From positions 20,026,001-20,090,000 of the forward strand of contig OX597815.1 in the NCBI GenBank assembly GCA_951406725.2: DNA of 64,000 nucleotides, in the 5' to 3' direction. This DNA is from Octopus vulgaris (Eukaryota). A program made the position numbers and the translations under genes. Every line of letters starts with the position of its first letter. Position 1 is the first letter of the stretch. This document shows positions 50,881-64,000 of the stretch, one piece after another. Below the pieces are notes generated by a model. That model worked only from the letters and a program-made list of their open reading frames with translations, did not search any database and was not told the DNA's origin.

Positions 50881-51680
50881 AACTTAGTAATTAGTCTGAA
50901 AGAGAAAATTAGACATACATTTAGTAGCGGAACATTATAACAATACTGAATATATAATAACATTGAAAGTCGACATATTTGTTTAACTGTTGATGATACA
51001 CAAAAAATAATTTCATTTTTGGAATCAGCAGAAAAAAATGGATTGATAAACAATAAAAAAAAAATACAATAAACAAATTTTTTTTTTTTTGAAAATTGTT
51101 ACGTTGTGTAATCTCTGTTCTCATTCTACTGAACACCAAAAAGACATTTCTGTTCATAATCAAGAAATGATAAGAATGTTCAAGTATATGGCCAAGAGGA
51201 AAATGCTATGATGAGTATTTGAAAATTATTAGCTACCTCATTTTTCAGCATGCGTTTCACTGTAAATCATGAAAGATAATGTCTACTTTTGTATTTTCGG
51301 ATAAGGGTGAATATTTTTGCATCGCTCTTTAACAGTTGTGGCAATAGGAAATAGTCAAGAATAGATTTCTATGAATCTTTAATTTATTGTTTCATATCAT
51401 TCTACATTTATATGTTTATTCAGCAGAATACTATTTCTGATGTGATGAACAAGATTAAAATATCAAAATAATTAATATTGTATAACAGTTGTAAATAAAT
51501 TCGAATATTTCGATATCTTTTGAGAATCTTGCAATAAGAAACACATTTTTACAAATATTTGTATTTTTCTTTAATCATATTCAAAATTTTGCACATTGAA
51601 TTTATCACATCTTAACATTTTTCTTTGTTATTTTACACTCACATAGATACACACACACACATTTACATATATATGAAATA

Positions 51681-52364
51681 CTAGCAGTAATACCCGTCGT
51701 TCAACGGATAATTACTTTTACTCTTTCTCAGGAGTCACATTCATTCAAAGTATTATTATATATATAATAGATTTCTCAACGGAGATTTCAGGGGAGAGTT
51801 TCAGGGAGTCGCTGGCGATGTATCGTGATGATCAAAAATCCGGCCGGCTAAAATTTGGTTAAAGTGATTCAAACTGCAGACTCAACGCAAAATGGTCACG
51901 TTTAATTCAAAGCGTTAAAAATGTTATGAAAACAATTGGTATGTGTATACAAAGTCCAAACGATTAATACGAAAAAGCCCTCCAGGCTACATCCCGAAAA
52001 TTCATTTCTTAGACGAATTTCTACAATGTTTACGGCGATTCGTTTTTATATCTTGATTTATTATTTTTCATGCAATTTATGCATGCTTGCACGCGTGGTG
52101 AACACAGTTCACGTCAAACAGCTGACTGAGTAAAGTTCACTATCCAATGCATGGGATAAGGCCTAAACAAACACATTATCGATTTTTGCACTTACGAGAT
52201 GAATTTCGGAACAGAAATAGCGCAGTTCAATTTTCATTCGCCTAAACTTTAAGTGACCCATTTTTGGTGGTTCTACGATTTGTTGGCTAGGAGGAGATGT
52301 GCCGGGAAGTTAAACACACAGACACACACACAGACACACAAGTTCAGTTTGATATATATATAGA
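51681..52364 (-). mobile_element. Non-autonomous Helitron-like element (second family)
   Basis: CTAG plus hairpin CCGTCGTTCAACGG at the left end; ...CACAAGTTCAGTTTGATATATATATAGA|T at the right end resembles the other Helitron 5' ends. Confidence 0.6.
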
Positions 52365-52421
52365 TATATGTATATGTTTATATGTATAAATGTCAGATAT
52401 GTAGGTAGGTAGGTAGGTAGG

Positions 52422-52518
<97 letters not shown>

Positions 52519-53045
52519 TAATTTATTGAGATTTTAAAGCAGGTTTAAGAACAGGGGAATATTTACTGATGTGGTGACTCACCAGTGAGAGTAGGGTCAA
52601 ATTATTGCAAAATTGATGTCAACTGAAACTTTAACTTTCTCTTAACGGCTCACTCAACAATAGAATATGTATATGTATATGTGTGTGCATACATACATTT
52701 ATGTACATATGTATGTATGCTCTCTTCTATCTTTAATTATTTGAAGGACGGAGCGGTTCCTAACCAAGATAGAAAAGCTTCATCGTTAGAATCAGCAGTT
52801 GCTCAAAAACAGCCCTTGTTGTTCTATATGTCGCTGGCGGGGAGATGACTTGCTGAAACAAACCTCTAGCGGTCGAGCGCTCATCATTGACAAAACAAAG
52901 GAAGGTCAAAGTCACGTGATCTGGTGGTCTCAGCGCCGGGGATCTATCACCATGGTAGCGATATAAACAAGAATACATTTTGCACCATAATCCCCTGAAA
53001 TTGCTTGCCTTGTGGCTAAATCAGAAAAGAATATGAACAAATTAA

Positions 53046-53258
53046 GCGTAGGAGTGGCTGTGTGGTAAGTAGCTTGCTTACCAACCACATGATTCCTGGT
53101 TCAGTCCCACTGTGTGACACCTTGGGCAAGTGTCTTCTACTATAGCCGCAGGCCGACCAAAGCCTTGTGAGTGGATTTGGTAGACGGAAATTGAAAGAAG
53201 CCCGTCGTATATATGTATATATATATGTGTGTGTGTGCGTGCGCGCGTGCGCGCGCGC

Positions 53259-53300
<42 letters not shown>

Positions 53301-53519
53301 TTGCGTGTCTGTGTTTGTCTCCCCAACATCGCTTGACAACCGATGCTGGTGTGTTTACGTCCCCGTAACTTAGCGGTTCGGCAAAAGAGACCAATAGAAT
53401 AAGTACTAGGCTTCCAAAGAATAAGTCCTGGGGTCGATTTGCTTGACTAAAGGGGGTGCTCCAGCATGGCCACAGTCAAATGACTGAAACCAGTAAAAGA
53501 GTAAAAGAGTAAAAGGGTA
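53046..53519 (+). mobile_element. SINE family B (CORE-like), full length
   Basis: Head, CORE-like segment, internal (TG)/(CG) microsatellite, (GAGTAAAA)n tail. Confidence 0.9.
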
Positions 53520-53539
53520 AATTCAAATGGGAGATTTTT

Positions 53540-54960
53540 ACTATTCTAATACAACTCCTGTACTTTACAACATTTACGGACTAACTTTATTCCAAGGCTC
53601 CAAACAATTGCTTGATATGTTTGTGCAATTTACTGCGACGCCTGACAATGACAATGCAGCTTGTAAAATGATACATACGGGTATAGTATTTTGAAAAATA
53701 TTTTAAATCTCACATTTTCCAAAATAATGAGCCTCTTTGCTATCATTTTCTGCGTCTGTTCACCATCCAATCTTCAGTATCTTCTGCATACGTTTTCTTT
53801 TGGTGAAGATTCTGTGCAATACAATTACTTCTAAAGACTGATATGGTTCTATTCATTCCACAAATTCTCGATATTTCATCAGCAAGATTCTTCAAATGAA
53901 ATTGTCACTGCTTTCTGTTTTAATTTAACTTTATACTCTGGAAATCATAACATTTCTTTCTTTATAATTGTATTGTTTAATCATAGATTCATTGGTGTAG
54001 ATTATTTTCTATTGTATTCCTCTACACTGATGTTCTATGAACAGTTTCCATTGTTCTCTGGAATTCCAAGAATCCATATGATTCAGCAGAGCTGCGACAT
54101 CCTACTAGTGTCGAAGGTGTTATATATGTATCAAAAATTTAGTTAAAGTTTTACTGTTCCACTTTCAAGAATTATATATTCAAAATGCTCGTATTTTATA
54201 TAGATTTGGGGCATTATTGGTGATAATGAATCTACAGCTGTCATTTCCACTTGATGTATAACTTGTTTTTGATATGGAAATTTGCCATTCTTATGCACAA
54301 TGTCAGAATTTTCTTTCTGCTATTTGTTGGTATATTTGTCCTTTTTTTGATGACTTTGGTTTTCTTCCAGTCTGGCTCTGACAAGTGACACAGCTTCGTC
54401 AGTTGGAACTATAACAAATAACCTGAATACATCAATACTAATCATTTGGCAGAACATAATGGCCATGTATTTGATTAGCTGTATGTTACGAGCTGAACTT
54501 TCAGACAGGAGGAAGTTCTATCTACGAAAGAAGAAACATTAACCAACAAACTGCTCAGAGCATGACATACTGACGTGGCTGTCGGTAAGACAGGGCTTCC
54601 TTAATATAACTGACAGTTTGAGTTCAATACTTGCGGTAATTTATATACAAGAGCCGTTATTTACGATTATTCTGTGCAATGCATCAGAAACATAGCCATT
54701 GTCTGTAGATAATATTATGAATTTTGGTATAGTTGTGAAGATCTTTCTGACATTCTTTTTCCTCTTGTAGATGGTTAGTTTAGGAATCTTTGAATTTTTC
54801 AATATTCGAATTCTAAACTGTAACTCATCTATTTCAACTATTGTAATTTTCTTTGTTGGCTCATTAATTAGAGGTATATAAGTGTTCAATTTGACGACAG
54901 TAACAAACTTTATCCCTCTATTCAGCACAAATTCTTCCAGTTCAGATACATAGAGTAGAT
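53540..54960 (-). mobile_element. Highly degenerate Penelope-like RT relic
   Basis: Minus-strand peptides GSPVLPTA..VCHALSSL, IDVFRLFVIVPTDEAVSLVRARLEE, FPYQKQVIHQVEMTAVDSLSPIMPQIYIKYEHFE in RT motif order. Confidence 0.6.
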
Positions 54961-55367
54961 TACTCTTTTACTCTTTTACTTGTTTCAGTCATTTGACTGC
55001 GGCCATGCTGGAGCACCGCCTTTAATCGAGCAACTCCACCCCGGGACTTATTCTTTTGTAAGCCTAGTACTTATTCTATCGGTCTGTTTTGCCGAACCGT
55101 TAAGTAACGGGGACATAAACACACCAGCATCGGTTGTCAAGCAATGCTAGGGGGACAAACACAGACACACAAACACACCACACGCATATATATATATATA
55201 CATATATACGACGGGCTTCTTTCAGTTTCCGTCTACCAAATCCACTCACAAGGCTTTGGTCGGCCCGAGGCTATAGTAGAAGACACTTGCCCAAGGTGCC
55301 ACGCAGTGGGACTGAACCCAGAGCCATGTGGTTGGTAAACAAGCTACTTACCACACAGCCACTCCTG
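54961..55367 (-). mobile_element. SINE family B (CORE-like), full length
   Basis: Reverse complement of family B consensus. Confidence 0.9.
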
Positions 55368-55594
55368 ATTGATAGCAGATTTTATTCTCTTCTATATTCT
55401 CACCACATGATGCCTTTTTGCTTCCGAGGAGTCTCATCGAATTTTCTAATGCATGCATCAGCTTTAACTTCAACAAATGGGATTGAAGGGAGCATTCTCA
55501 TGGAAGTAAAATTTAACATACACACATACACACATACATGTATGTGTGTGCGTGTGTGGCTGTGTGTATATCATTAGCTTTCGCTCTGTATCTC

Positions 55595-55667
<73 letters not shown>

Positions 55668-55829
55668 TTTCTACTTGTCTTTCACTCCTTCCCATGTCAT
55701 CTGCTTCTGCTTCTTTCTATAGTCCTTTCCTCTCGTAAGCTTCGGAAATTGCGCGTCTGTAAATTTAATATACCTATTTCTTTACTACCCACAAGGGGCT
55801 ACACTACCCACAAGAGGCTAAATTTAATA

Positions 55830-58250
55830 TACCTGTTATTCTTACAATTTCGTACTGGATAATTCCAGACATACCACGTAAGTCATCAACGACTTTCAGT
55901 TGTTCTGACCCAAAGGCTTTTCGCCCCTTTTTCTCTAAATTCAACTATTCCTTCTATCGCACACCAAACTCACCCAGTCACAATCAGCTACTTGACTACA
56001 TTGAAGATACTTATTTCACTCACCTCTCTCTGAAGTCATTCTTCTTGGGGGCTTCAAAGTACACAAAGACCTCTCGCTCTCGCACTCCACCAACACCGAT
56101 GTAACTGGTGTAGAGACCGAATCGTTTGCTACCGTTAACTGTTAGCACCAGTTAATATCCACTCATACTTGTATCTCTTGTGGAGGCACATGGCCTAGTG
56201 GTTAGAGCAGCGGACTCGCGGTCGAAGGATCGCGGGTTCGAATCTCAGACCGGGCGATATGTGTGCTTTTGAGCGAAACACCTAAGCTCCACGCGGCTCC
56301 GGCAGAAGGTAATGGCGAACTTCTGCTGACTCTTTCGCCACAACTTTCTCTCACTCTTTTCTCTGCATATTGCAGCTCACCTGCGACAGACTGGCGTCCC
56401 GTCCAGGTGGGGAACCTATACTCCAAGAACCGGGAAACTGGCCCTTATGAGCCAGGCGTGGCTCGAGAAGGAATAAAATAATAAATAAAAATACTTGTAT
56501 CTCTGACAAATAACCTTAATATATTCCTCACCTTGAAACATAACCGTTACCTATATATTTCAGTTTCGTGTAATTACTGACCAATAACGCAACATACTAT
56601 ACGTTGTCCAACAGCAAATCTCGACTCGAGTTCTCCGGCATTACAACTCAACTGGTCGGTGCCACGCTGGCTTTAGATCCACAATCCAAGATAGCCAATT
56701 TTTCTCACCCTTGATCTATCTCAGGCGACTAAGTTGGTGATTGAAGCCATCTTCGTAGTCAAAGCTCATGCGGCGAAAATCTTTCAGTTGATTTGCATAC
56801 AATAGCACAAGCAAAAAGCACCCCTTTAATTCCTCTTGAAAGTCACCCAAAATACAAGGTATCTACTCATCGCAACATCTACAGGTAGAACTTCTCTCGC
56901 TCTCACTCCTTCTCTCTTTCCCCTCTCTTTTACTCTCTGACTCTCTCTTTCTCTCTCTCTCTCACTCATAGATACACACACTTCCCCACTTTCTCTGTTC
57001 CTTTCCATACATCTATCTCAATCTTTGGAAGCATGCTACGATGTGTTCAGTTTCTAAAAGCATTAAATATTGTTTAATCCTGCCAGCCACCAATCTAGCG
57101 CTTTCATTCCAACATCTCAAAAACAATTGAAACAATTGTCAATAAAACACTTGCATCACCTTCATTAAATATCAGTATGGTTTCAGTAAAACCATATGTA
57201 ACCTACGTAGCAGATATTATAAACGGGGCAAATTTAGCTATTTCTGCTTAGACTGGAGACGTACTCTCTTGCGATATTCATCAATGATAGCAAGTACCTG
57301 AGAATTTTGCTGAAAGCAATGTTATTGCACTTCGTTTTTGGATTTGGTTTGCAAGATTCTTTATATTTATATGAGTTCGTGTGTTGAAGAATATTCTGTT
57401 GTGTCTGGTTGCAAGACGCAACGAAAATTTTAGGAAAATAAAAATAAGAAAAAAGTGGAAATTTTACCGGTGAGTGAGTTACATTATAAGGCACAAAAAC
57501 AGACACAACAGAATGTCATGGCAGACATTCGTAAAGCTTTCGACAGTGTCTGTCACAAGAACTTCCGAGGATTGAAGTCACTCGCTTATCTCCTTCACAA
57601 TATAACTCAAAGGCGTCTTGTTAAACTGCATCATTGAAAGTTTTGATGACGAAGCTGTCTCCAACCCACACTCTATTAACCCTGATATACCCTAAATTTC
57701 CGTAATGACACCTATATTTCCCATTTGTGAATTAATAACTTACTTGCTGATACTTCTGACAAGCCTAACAACTTCTCAATAGGTGCCATCCACACACAGC
57801 TTAAACATCTCAAGCCATACGTACATTGACACCATGAACAGAGAGTCCTTGAGATCATCTTTTACATGGGAAACAGGTTTCAACAGCCCGAGCTCTTTTC
57901 CATATCAAGGAAACTTATACGTCACACCTTCTTGTCATACACATCACCCAATATTGCACTCAAAATACCATACCTCACAATCTTCGATTACCTCTTATGG
58001 TAACTCCACATATAACTTTCTCAAATTTTCACCACACAGACTATGATTCTTCTCTAGGTACATGAAATGATTCAGTACTGATCAATTATAATTATTTACA
58101 AAGTTCAAATATAACCGACATGCGAGTTGTCATCATATTTATGAGATTCTACTTCTTTGTCAGCCACAAGCATCCAAGATGAACCCAAATAAAATCTAAT
58201 TGATTTATTGGCAGGATCCAGTCTTCAACATGTTATAACCTTTTAGCTCA
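55830..58250 (+). mobile_element. Degenerate CR1/Jockey-group LINE (APE and RT remnants) interrupted by SINE C and a PLE relic
   Basis: YRTPNS, ILLGGFKVH (GDFNVH-like), ADIRKAFDSVCH, INPDIP*ISVMTP. Confidence 0.55.
56179..56490 (+). mobile_element. SINE family C (tRNA-Arg-like head, V-domain-like segment) with 14-bp TSD
   Basis: TGGCCTAGTGG A-box, GGTTCGAATC B-box, CCTGCGACAGACTGGCGTCCCGTCCAGG; TSD ATACTTGTATCTCT at 56165-56178 and 56491-56504. Confidence 0.92.
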
Positions 58251-58269
58251 CAGGTATGAGGTCCTTCAA

Positions 58270-58499
58270 GGCGGCGAGCTGGCAGAATCGTTAGCACGCC
58301 GGGCGAAATGCTTAGCGGTATTTCGTCTGTCGTTACGTTGTGAGTTCAAATTCCGCCGAGGTCGACTTTGCCTTTCATCCTTTCGAGGTCGATAAATTAA
58401 GTACCAGTTACGCACTGGGGTCGATGTAATCGACTTAATACCTATGTCTGTCCTTGTTTGTCCCCTCTATGTTTAGCCCCTTGTGTGTAATAAAGAAAT
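58270..58499 (+). mobile_element. SINE family A, complete tail-1 monomer with TSD
   Basis: TSD AGGTATGAGGTC(C/A)TTC at 58252-58267 and 58500-58515. Confidence 0.92.
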
Positions 58500-58845
58500 A
58501 GGTATGAGGTCATTCTCTCTGTGTATTATATCGCCACTACAAATATTTCTGCTCGCTTGAAATCGCTAACTGTATACTATCTCTTCTCCTCCCAGGGACA
58601 ATCGTCCCCACCTATCGCTTGTATCTCTTCCCCCTGTGTCCCTTAATAAGTTCAACCTCCCAGATCTCTCAATAAACATTTCATCTAATCTTTTTTCTCA
58701 GTGATATCGAAAACTTAATAGAACCTCCTCTAACAGACACACAAATACAGGTTCAAGATGAACATCGACCACACCAATTTCTCTAATACTGAATGTCTTG
58801 AGAACGTCATGGGCACTCTCTTTTCTTCTCTGCAGATGCGCACAC

Positions 58846-58881
<36 letters not shown>

Positions 58882-58972
58882 ACACACACACACTCACACA
58901 TACACACACACACACATACTCACACACACACACATACACACACATACACACACACACGCACGCACACACACA

Positions 58973-59036
<64 letters not shown>

Positions 59037-59159
59037 CCTTTTGTCATTGAAAGACCTCACATGATTTTAACAAGACATAGTATTTACTGCAAAGCAGTAT
59101 ATGTGTATGCATGTGTATGTTTATATATATATATGTGTGTGTGTGTATGTGTGTATGAA

Positions 59160-59202
<43 letters not shown>

Positions 59203-60844
59203 CACAGACAGAGAGAAAGAGAGAGACAGAGAGAAAGAGAAAGAGAGAGGGAGGGAGAGAGAGTTGTTGTCGAGACACCGGTGATCGAAGATTAAAAAAG
59301 AAAATTTTCAGCCTAACCTCTGTAATCTTCCAGTACAACACTACTGGCACAACAGTAACAATACTTTTCATGTTTTGTGGCAATTCACACGTGTATAATT
59401 TCAAATTCGCTTCATATTTACAGCAAAGCTGCGTGCTCAACATTTAAAATACGGTGATGAATAGGGTACTTGTCTGTCTCTTTCTTAACTAATTTTTAAA
59501 TCTCCTTACCACTTCTGGCAATGGCAGATAAGTGAATAAAATATCACAAAATTCTGATTTATTGTTCACTTAAGCTTATTGTTATTATTTGTTAATCTGA
59601 TTTATCAAACGGTACTGAATATAATAACTGGATGGCAGTTTTATATTTGTTATATATATTCACTTATTATTATTTGAATTCAGCCGTTAATTGCGAATGG
59701 TATGAATTCTAATGAATAGTGGTGTGTCAAAATTAGTAGGTTTTGCTCCAACTAACAGTTGAAAGTTTGATAGCTGAGCTTTTGTGTAAACAAGCAGTTC
59801 ACATCTCCAAGCTACAAGCGGAAGCCATTCACACACAGTGTTCTCCATTCGTTCCACTTCTCTAGTTATATATTTTCTTTCATTTTCCTCTTCTTCATTC
59901 TCAGCACAATATTTCTAATTCAGTGCTGGTCATGTTGTAATGAAGCCAGCGGAAGTGACCAACTGGTAAAACTCTCACAGAACACTTCGTTAGTAAACAA
60001 ACAGCAACTATGTTTGGTCTGTTGCCAAAGAAATTATAGATCGAAGCTGTTATTCTTTTGTTAAATGTATCTATTCTTAGACCTATTACCCTTTAAGCCA
60101 GCTTTATTATATTGGTGAATATTGACCCCTTTCCCAGTGCGAATGATTTACTCCTACTTTTTTTCTTCTTTTTAACTTTGTCGTTCTGTTTTCTCATTTA
60201 TGTTATACCTTATTAAAGAACTTTCTTCAATCGTTTTTCATACGTCATTTTTCTATACTTCATCCGCCATTCCTTCGCTATTTTCTCGTCTGTAATTTCT
60301 ATCATTTCATGTATAGAAACTGTCCTTTCAACCATTCAACAGCTCTTTTCTTTCATTCGTTCTCATTCAATTTTCATATATTCATTTCTTTCTTTCTCCT
60401 TATTCCTTCTTTCGTTCTAGTCATCTTTCCTTGATTTTTATCTCAACTCATTCTTTACCTCTACCTTAATCGTAACCCCACCTCAATAATTTTTCATAAA
60501 TAAATCATTTTCGTTCGCCTTGTCAATTCTTCTTTAACTTGTTCTCTCAACTTATTCCTTTGTTCCTTATTTCTTTTCATCTAATTAATATAATTTAACG
60601 CGCTGAACGTGTCTATTCATTCACTTGTTACACAGGTTCAGTTTTCATTTACTTACACCACAATACACTTTCACATGTTTACTCGTTCTATCCAAAACTA
60701 AATATTATTGGCCGCCCGACCCCCCCCCCCCCCGCCCAATCCAACCCCTCCTCTCTCTCTCTTCCATTTGTTTTACTTATTGTTTTCTGCTGGGTTTTAT
60801 TACTTGGCAACTCTCCCTTGCAATAAACGTACAAAATGTCGATG

Positions 60845-61343
60845 CCATTCGAGGGGGTTCCCAATTGTGGTCGCAAATACTCCCACGAATAATCTCTGGT
60901 ATCAGAATCTCATGTTCATCTTATATATACGTATGTGTATGTGTGCGTGTGTCCGTGTGTATGTATGTATGTATGTGTGTGTATGTATGTATGTATGTAT
61001 GTATGTATGTATGTATGTATGTATGTATGTACATATATGTGGAAGATAGTGTAATTCGGCAGGAGGACTTAAACGACATGCAAAGTTACCCCATTCGAGG
61101 AGGTTCCCAATTGTGGTCGCAAATGCTCCCACGAATAATCTCTGGTAACGGAATCTCATGTTCATGTATATACGTGCGTATGTATGTGTGTCCGTGTGTA
61201 TGTATGTATGTATGTGTGTGTGTATGTATGTATGTATGTATGTATGTATGTATGTATGTATGTATGTATGTATGTATGTATGTACATATATGTGGAAGAT
61301 AGTGTAATTCGGCAGGAGGACTTAAACGACATGCAAAGGTACC
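60845..61343. repeat. About 246-bp tandem duplication containing (GTAT)n
   Basis: Units start with CCATTCGAGG at 60845 and 61091. Confidence 0.9.
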
Positions 61344-61514
61344 TGAAGCTCAGTTACAACTACAGCCGGCTGTTGCCGGTAAAAGTTTTAGTTGCCAATT
61401 CTGTACAAGACATTGTAGATCTTTAATTGGGCTAAAAAGTCACATTCGATCACAGCACCAATAACAGTTAAGCTTCGTGCAATGGCCATACTCGATAACG
61501 AGGGGGCAGCCATA
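61283..61514 (+). mobile_element. RTE/BovB-like LINE 3' end with C2H2-type fingers
   Basis: HICGR*CNSAGGLKRHAK...FSCQFCTRHCRSLIGLKSHIRSQHQ*, then GGCCATACTCGATAACGAGGGGGCAGCCA tail. Confidence 0.65.
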
Positions 61515-61669
61515 ACATATATGCACTGCCAATTTTAATCTATGTCTTTATGCACAGGAAAAATGGGAATGAAATTAGTGGTCGTTAGAGAACCACAAAT
61601 AAAAAAGTACATCTTCTGTGATATTATACTGTTATTAATAAGAATTAATGCTCTCCGTAATATTGGTTT

Positions 61670-62797
61670 CAAGTCTTGTCACAAGGCCAACAATTTCGTG
61701 GGAGGAGGTAAGTCAACCAGTACTTACTTTATCGACCCCAAAAGGATGAAAGGCAATGTCAACCTCAGAATTTGAACTCAGAACGTAAAGACAGGCGAAA
61801 TGCTGCTAAGCATTTTGTCTGGCGTTCTAACGATTCTTATTTTTTTATTGCCCACAAGGGGCTAAACATAGAGGAGACAAACAAGGACAGACAAACGGAT
61901 TAATTCGATTACATCGACCCCAGTGCGTAACTGGTACTTATTTAATCAACCCCAAAAGGATGAAAGGCAAAGTCGACCTCGATTGAAACTGAACTCAGAA
62001 CGTAGCGGCAGACGAAATACCAATTTCTTTACTACCCACAAGGAGCTAAACACAGAGAGGACAAACAAGGACAGATAAACGGATTAAGTCGATTATATCG
62101 ACCTCAGTGTGTAACTGGTACTTATTTAATCGACCCCGAAAGGATGAAAGGCAAAGTCGACCTCGACTGAAACTGAACTCAGAACGTAGCGGCAGACGAA
62201 ATACCAATTTCTTTACTACCCACAAGGAGCTAAACACAGAGAGGACAAACAAGGACAGATAAACGGATTAAGTCGATTATATCGACCTCAGTGTATAACT
62301 GGTACTTATTTAATCGACCCCGAAAGGATGAAAGGCAAAGTCGACCTCGACTGAAACTGAACTTAGAACGTGGCGGCAGACAAAATACCTATTTCTTTAC
62401 TACCCACAAGGGGCTAAGCACAGAGGGGACAAACAAGGACAGACCTAGGTATTAAGTCGATTATATCGACCTCAGTGCGTAACTGGTACTTATTTAATCG
62501 ACCCTGAAAGGATGAAAGGCAAAGTCGACCGCGGCGGAATTTGAACTCAGAACGTAGCGGCAGACGAAATACCTATTTCTTTACTGCCCACAAGGAGCTA
62601 AACACAGAGAGGACAAACAAGGACAGACAAACAGATTAAGTCGATTACATCGACCTCAGTGCGTAACTAGTACTTAATTTAATCGACCCCGAAAGGATGA
62701 AAAGCAAAGTCGACCTCGGCGGAATTTGAACTCAGCAGACGAAATACCGGTGTGCATTTCACTCGGCGTGCTAACGATTCTGCCAACTCGCCGCCTT
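61670..62797 (-). mobile_element. SINE A tandem array: five tail-1 units of about 180 bp joined to an older degenerate unit
   Basis: Repeated ATTTCTTTACTACCCACAAGG...GCAGACGAAATACC units; one complete head at about 62797. Confidence 0.92.
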
Positions 62798-64000
62798 AAT
62801 GATACTTAATATTACGGTACTTTCACTAAGTTGGCTCTACATCTATGTTAATTCAATTTAAATCTAGACTACCCACGTTCTAAAGTTACTCATAGTTATT
62901 AACTCTCAACCATGGTCCGCACCCACGGTTGCCCCATATCTGCAGTCATCACTTCTCAACTTAGATTTTAACAGTTTCAGCAAAGTAGTTGGCCTACGAA
63001 TGCCCCACACTCCTACTTCTGCTCTTTACCGCCTGTTATTTACTGATCAACTGCCACAACTAGCTCAATATGATATTAGATAGAAGGAAAGAGTGGAAAA
63101 ACAGAGAAAGAGAGAAACGCAGAGAGAAAAATAGACAGGCAGAGCCCTGTGTATATGATCATGTATGCAAAACACGGCGTCATTATACAGCGCAATGGCA
63201 ATTTTTCAACTCCAATTTAGTTTTGTAGAAGAAATAATTTGGCCAACTCGGATAAAATACTTCTTAAAGAATTGTTATATAGAAACAAACTATTTAGATA
63301 AGAAAAACATATTTAAAGCACTTTTATTTCTAATTCTGTGTATGACAACCTTTCATCTTCGTTTTCGCCTTTCTTGCGTTTATTTATTTATGGTTATTAC
63401 TTTGGTGGCAAAGTAGAGAACTAGGTGAAGAGATAAAGCGTCGATTATGCTCTTTATGTTCTGGGTTCAAATCCAAGTGATGTCACCTTTGTCATTCATC
63501 CCTCTGACGTCCATAAAATAAAATATCTGTCAAATACTGAGATCGAAGGTATCGACTAACACCCACCCTCTCGAAACAGCTGGTTTTGGACCTAAATTGG
63601 AAGGCTTTCATACAAGTGGCGAGTAAGCAGTAACGTTAGAGCGTCGGAGAAATACCTCCCTGTATTTTTTTCCGGCACATTGGTTAGTGAGTTCAAATCC
63701 CATCGAAAGCAATTTTGCTTTTCATCACACCGGGTTGAATAAACAAGATACTGGAGACAATGGTGGCGACTAACCCTTCCACTCAAAATCAATGGGCCTT
63801 TTACCTATATCTAAAACCACCATTATTATTATTTTTCTGATCGCCGGTTGTAGCTGAGCTAAACAAACATTGTAGTAAGAAAGAACATCCTCTCAATGCC
63901 AGCTAGACATATCTATGGAAGGTTAGATACTTCATTTTCATCCTCAATGAACACTCTAAATTTTTGATAGAGGAATAAAACAAAGACGATGCTAGTTTAC

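Noticed and set aside
56182-56255. tRNA-Arg(TCG) gene
   Set aside because: Acceptor stem is broken and the sequence is the head of a TSD-flanked SINE
58758-59447. 229-aa ORF
   Set aside because: Held open by (CA)n, (TG)n and (GA)n tracts
61836-62797. Regular repeats resembling a CRISPR array
   Set aside because: Units are whole 180-bp SINE bodies with no unique spacers; eukaryotic context and no cas genes

Overview
AT-rich, repeat-saturated eukaryotic DNA (intergenic or large intron). The SINE families and dense (TA)n/(CA)n/(GA)n/(TAGA)n/(TATG)n microsatellites point to a coleoid cephalopod (Octopus-like); this is an inference. I recognise no intact host protein-coding gene, and most listed ORFs are microsatellite or SINE read-throughs. 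The window is a mosaic of at least four tRNA-derived SINE families, Penelope-like elements (PLEs), RTE and CR1/Jockey-like LINE relics, a Helitron PIF1-helicase fragment plus non-autonomous Helitrons, and mariner, Tc1-like, Tigger/pogo, hAT and probable Chapaev3 DNA-transposon relics. The most striking signal is about ten type I hammerhead ribozyme (HHR) motifs, mostly in inverted PLE terminal repeats next to (TA)n tracts. They include non-canonical cores that keep the 3-8 Watson-Crick pair (A3:U8, U3:A8) and a recurring U4C core. One canonical HHR lies in the 3' part of a tRNA-headed SINE-like element. An internally deleted LINE inserted in a mariner element shares the 3' tail of the commonest SINE and probably identifies its partner LINE. 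All RNA folds were assigned by eye and need computational and biochemical confirmation.
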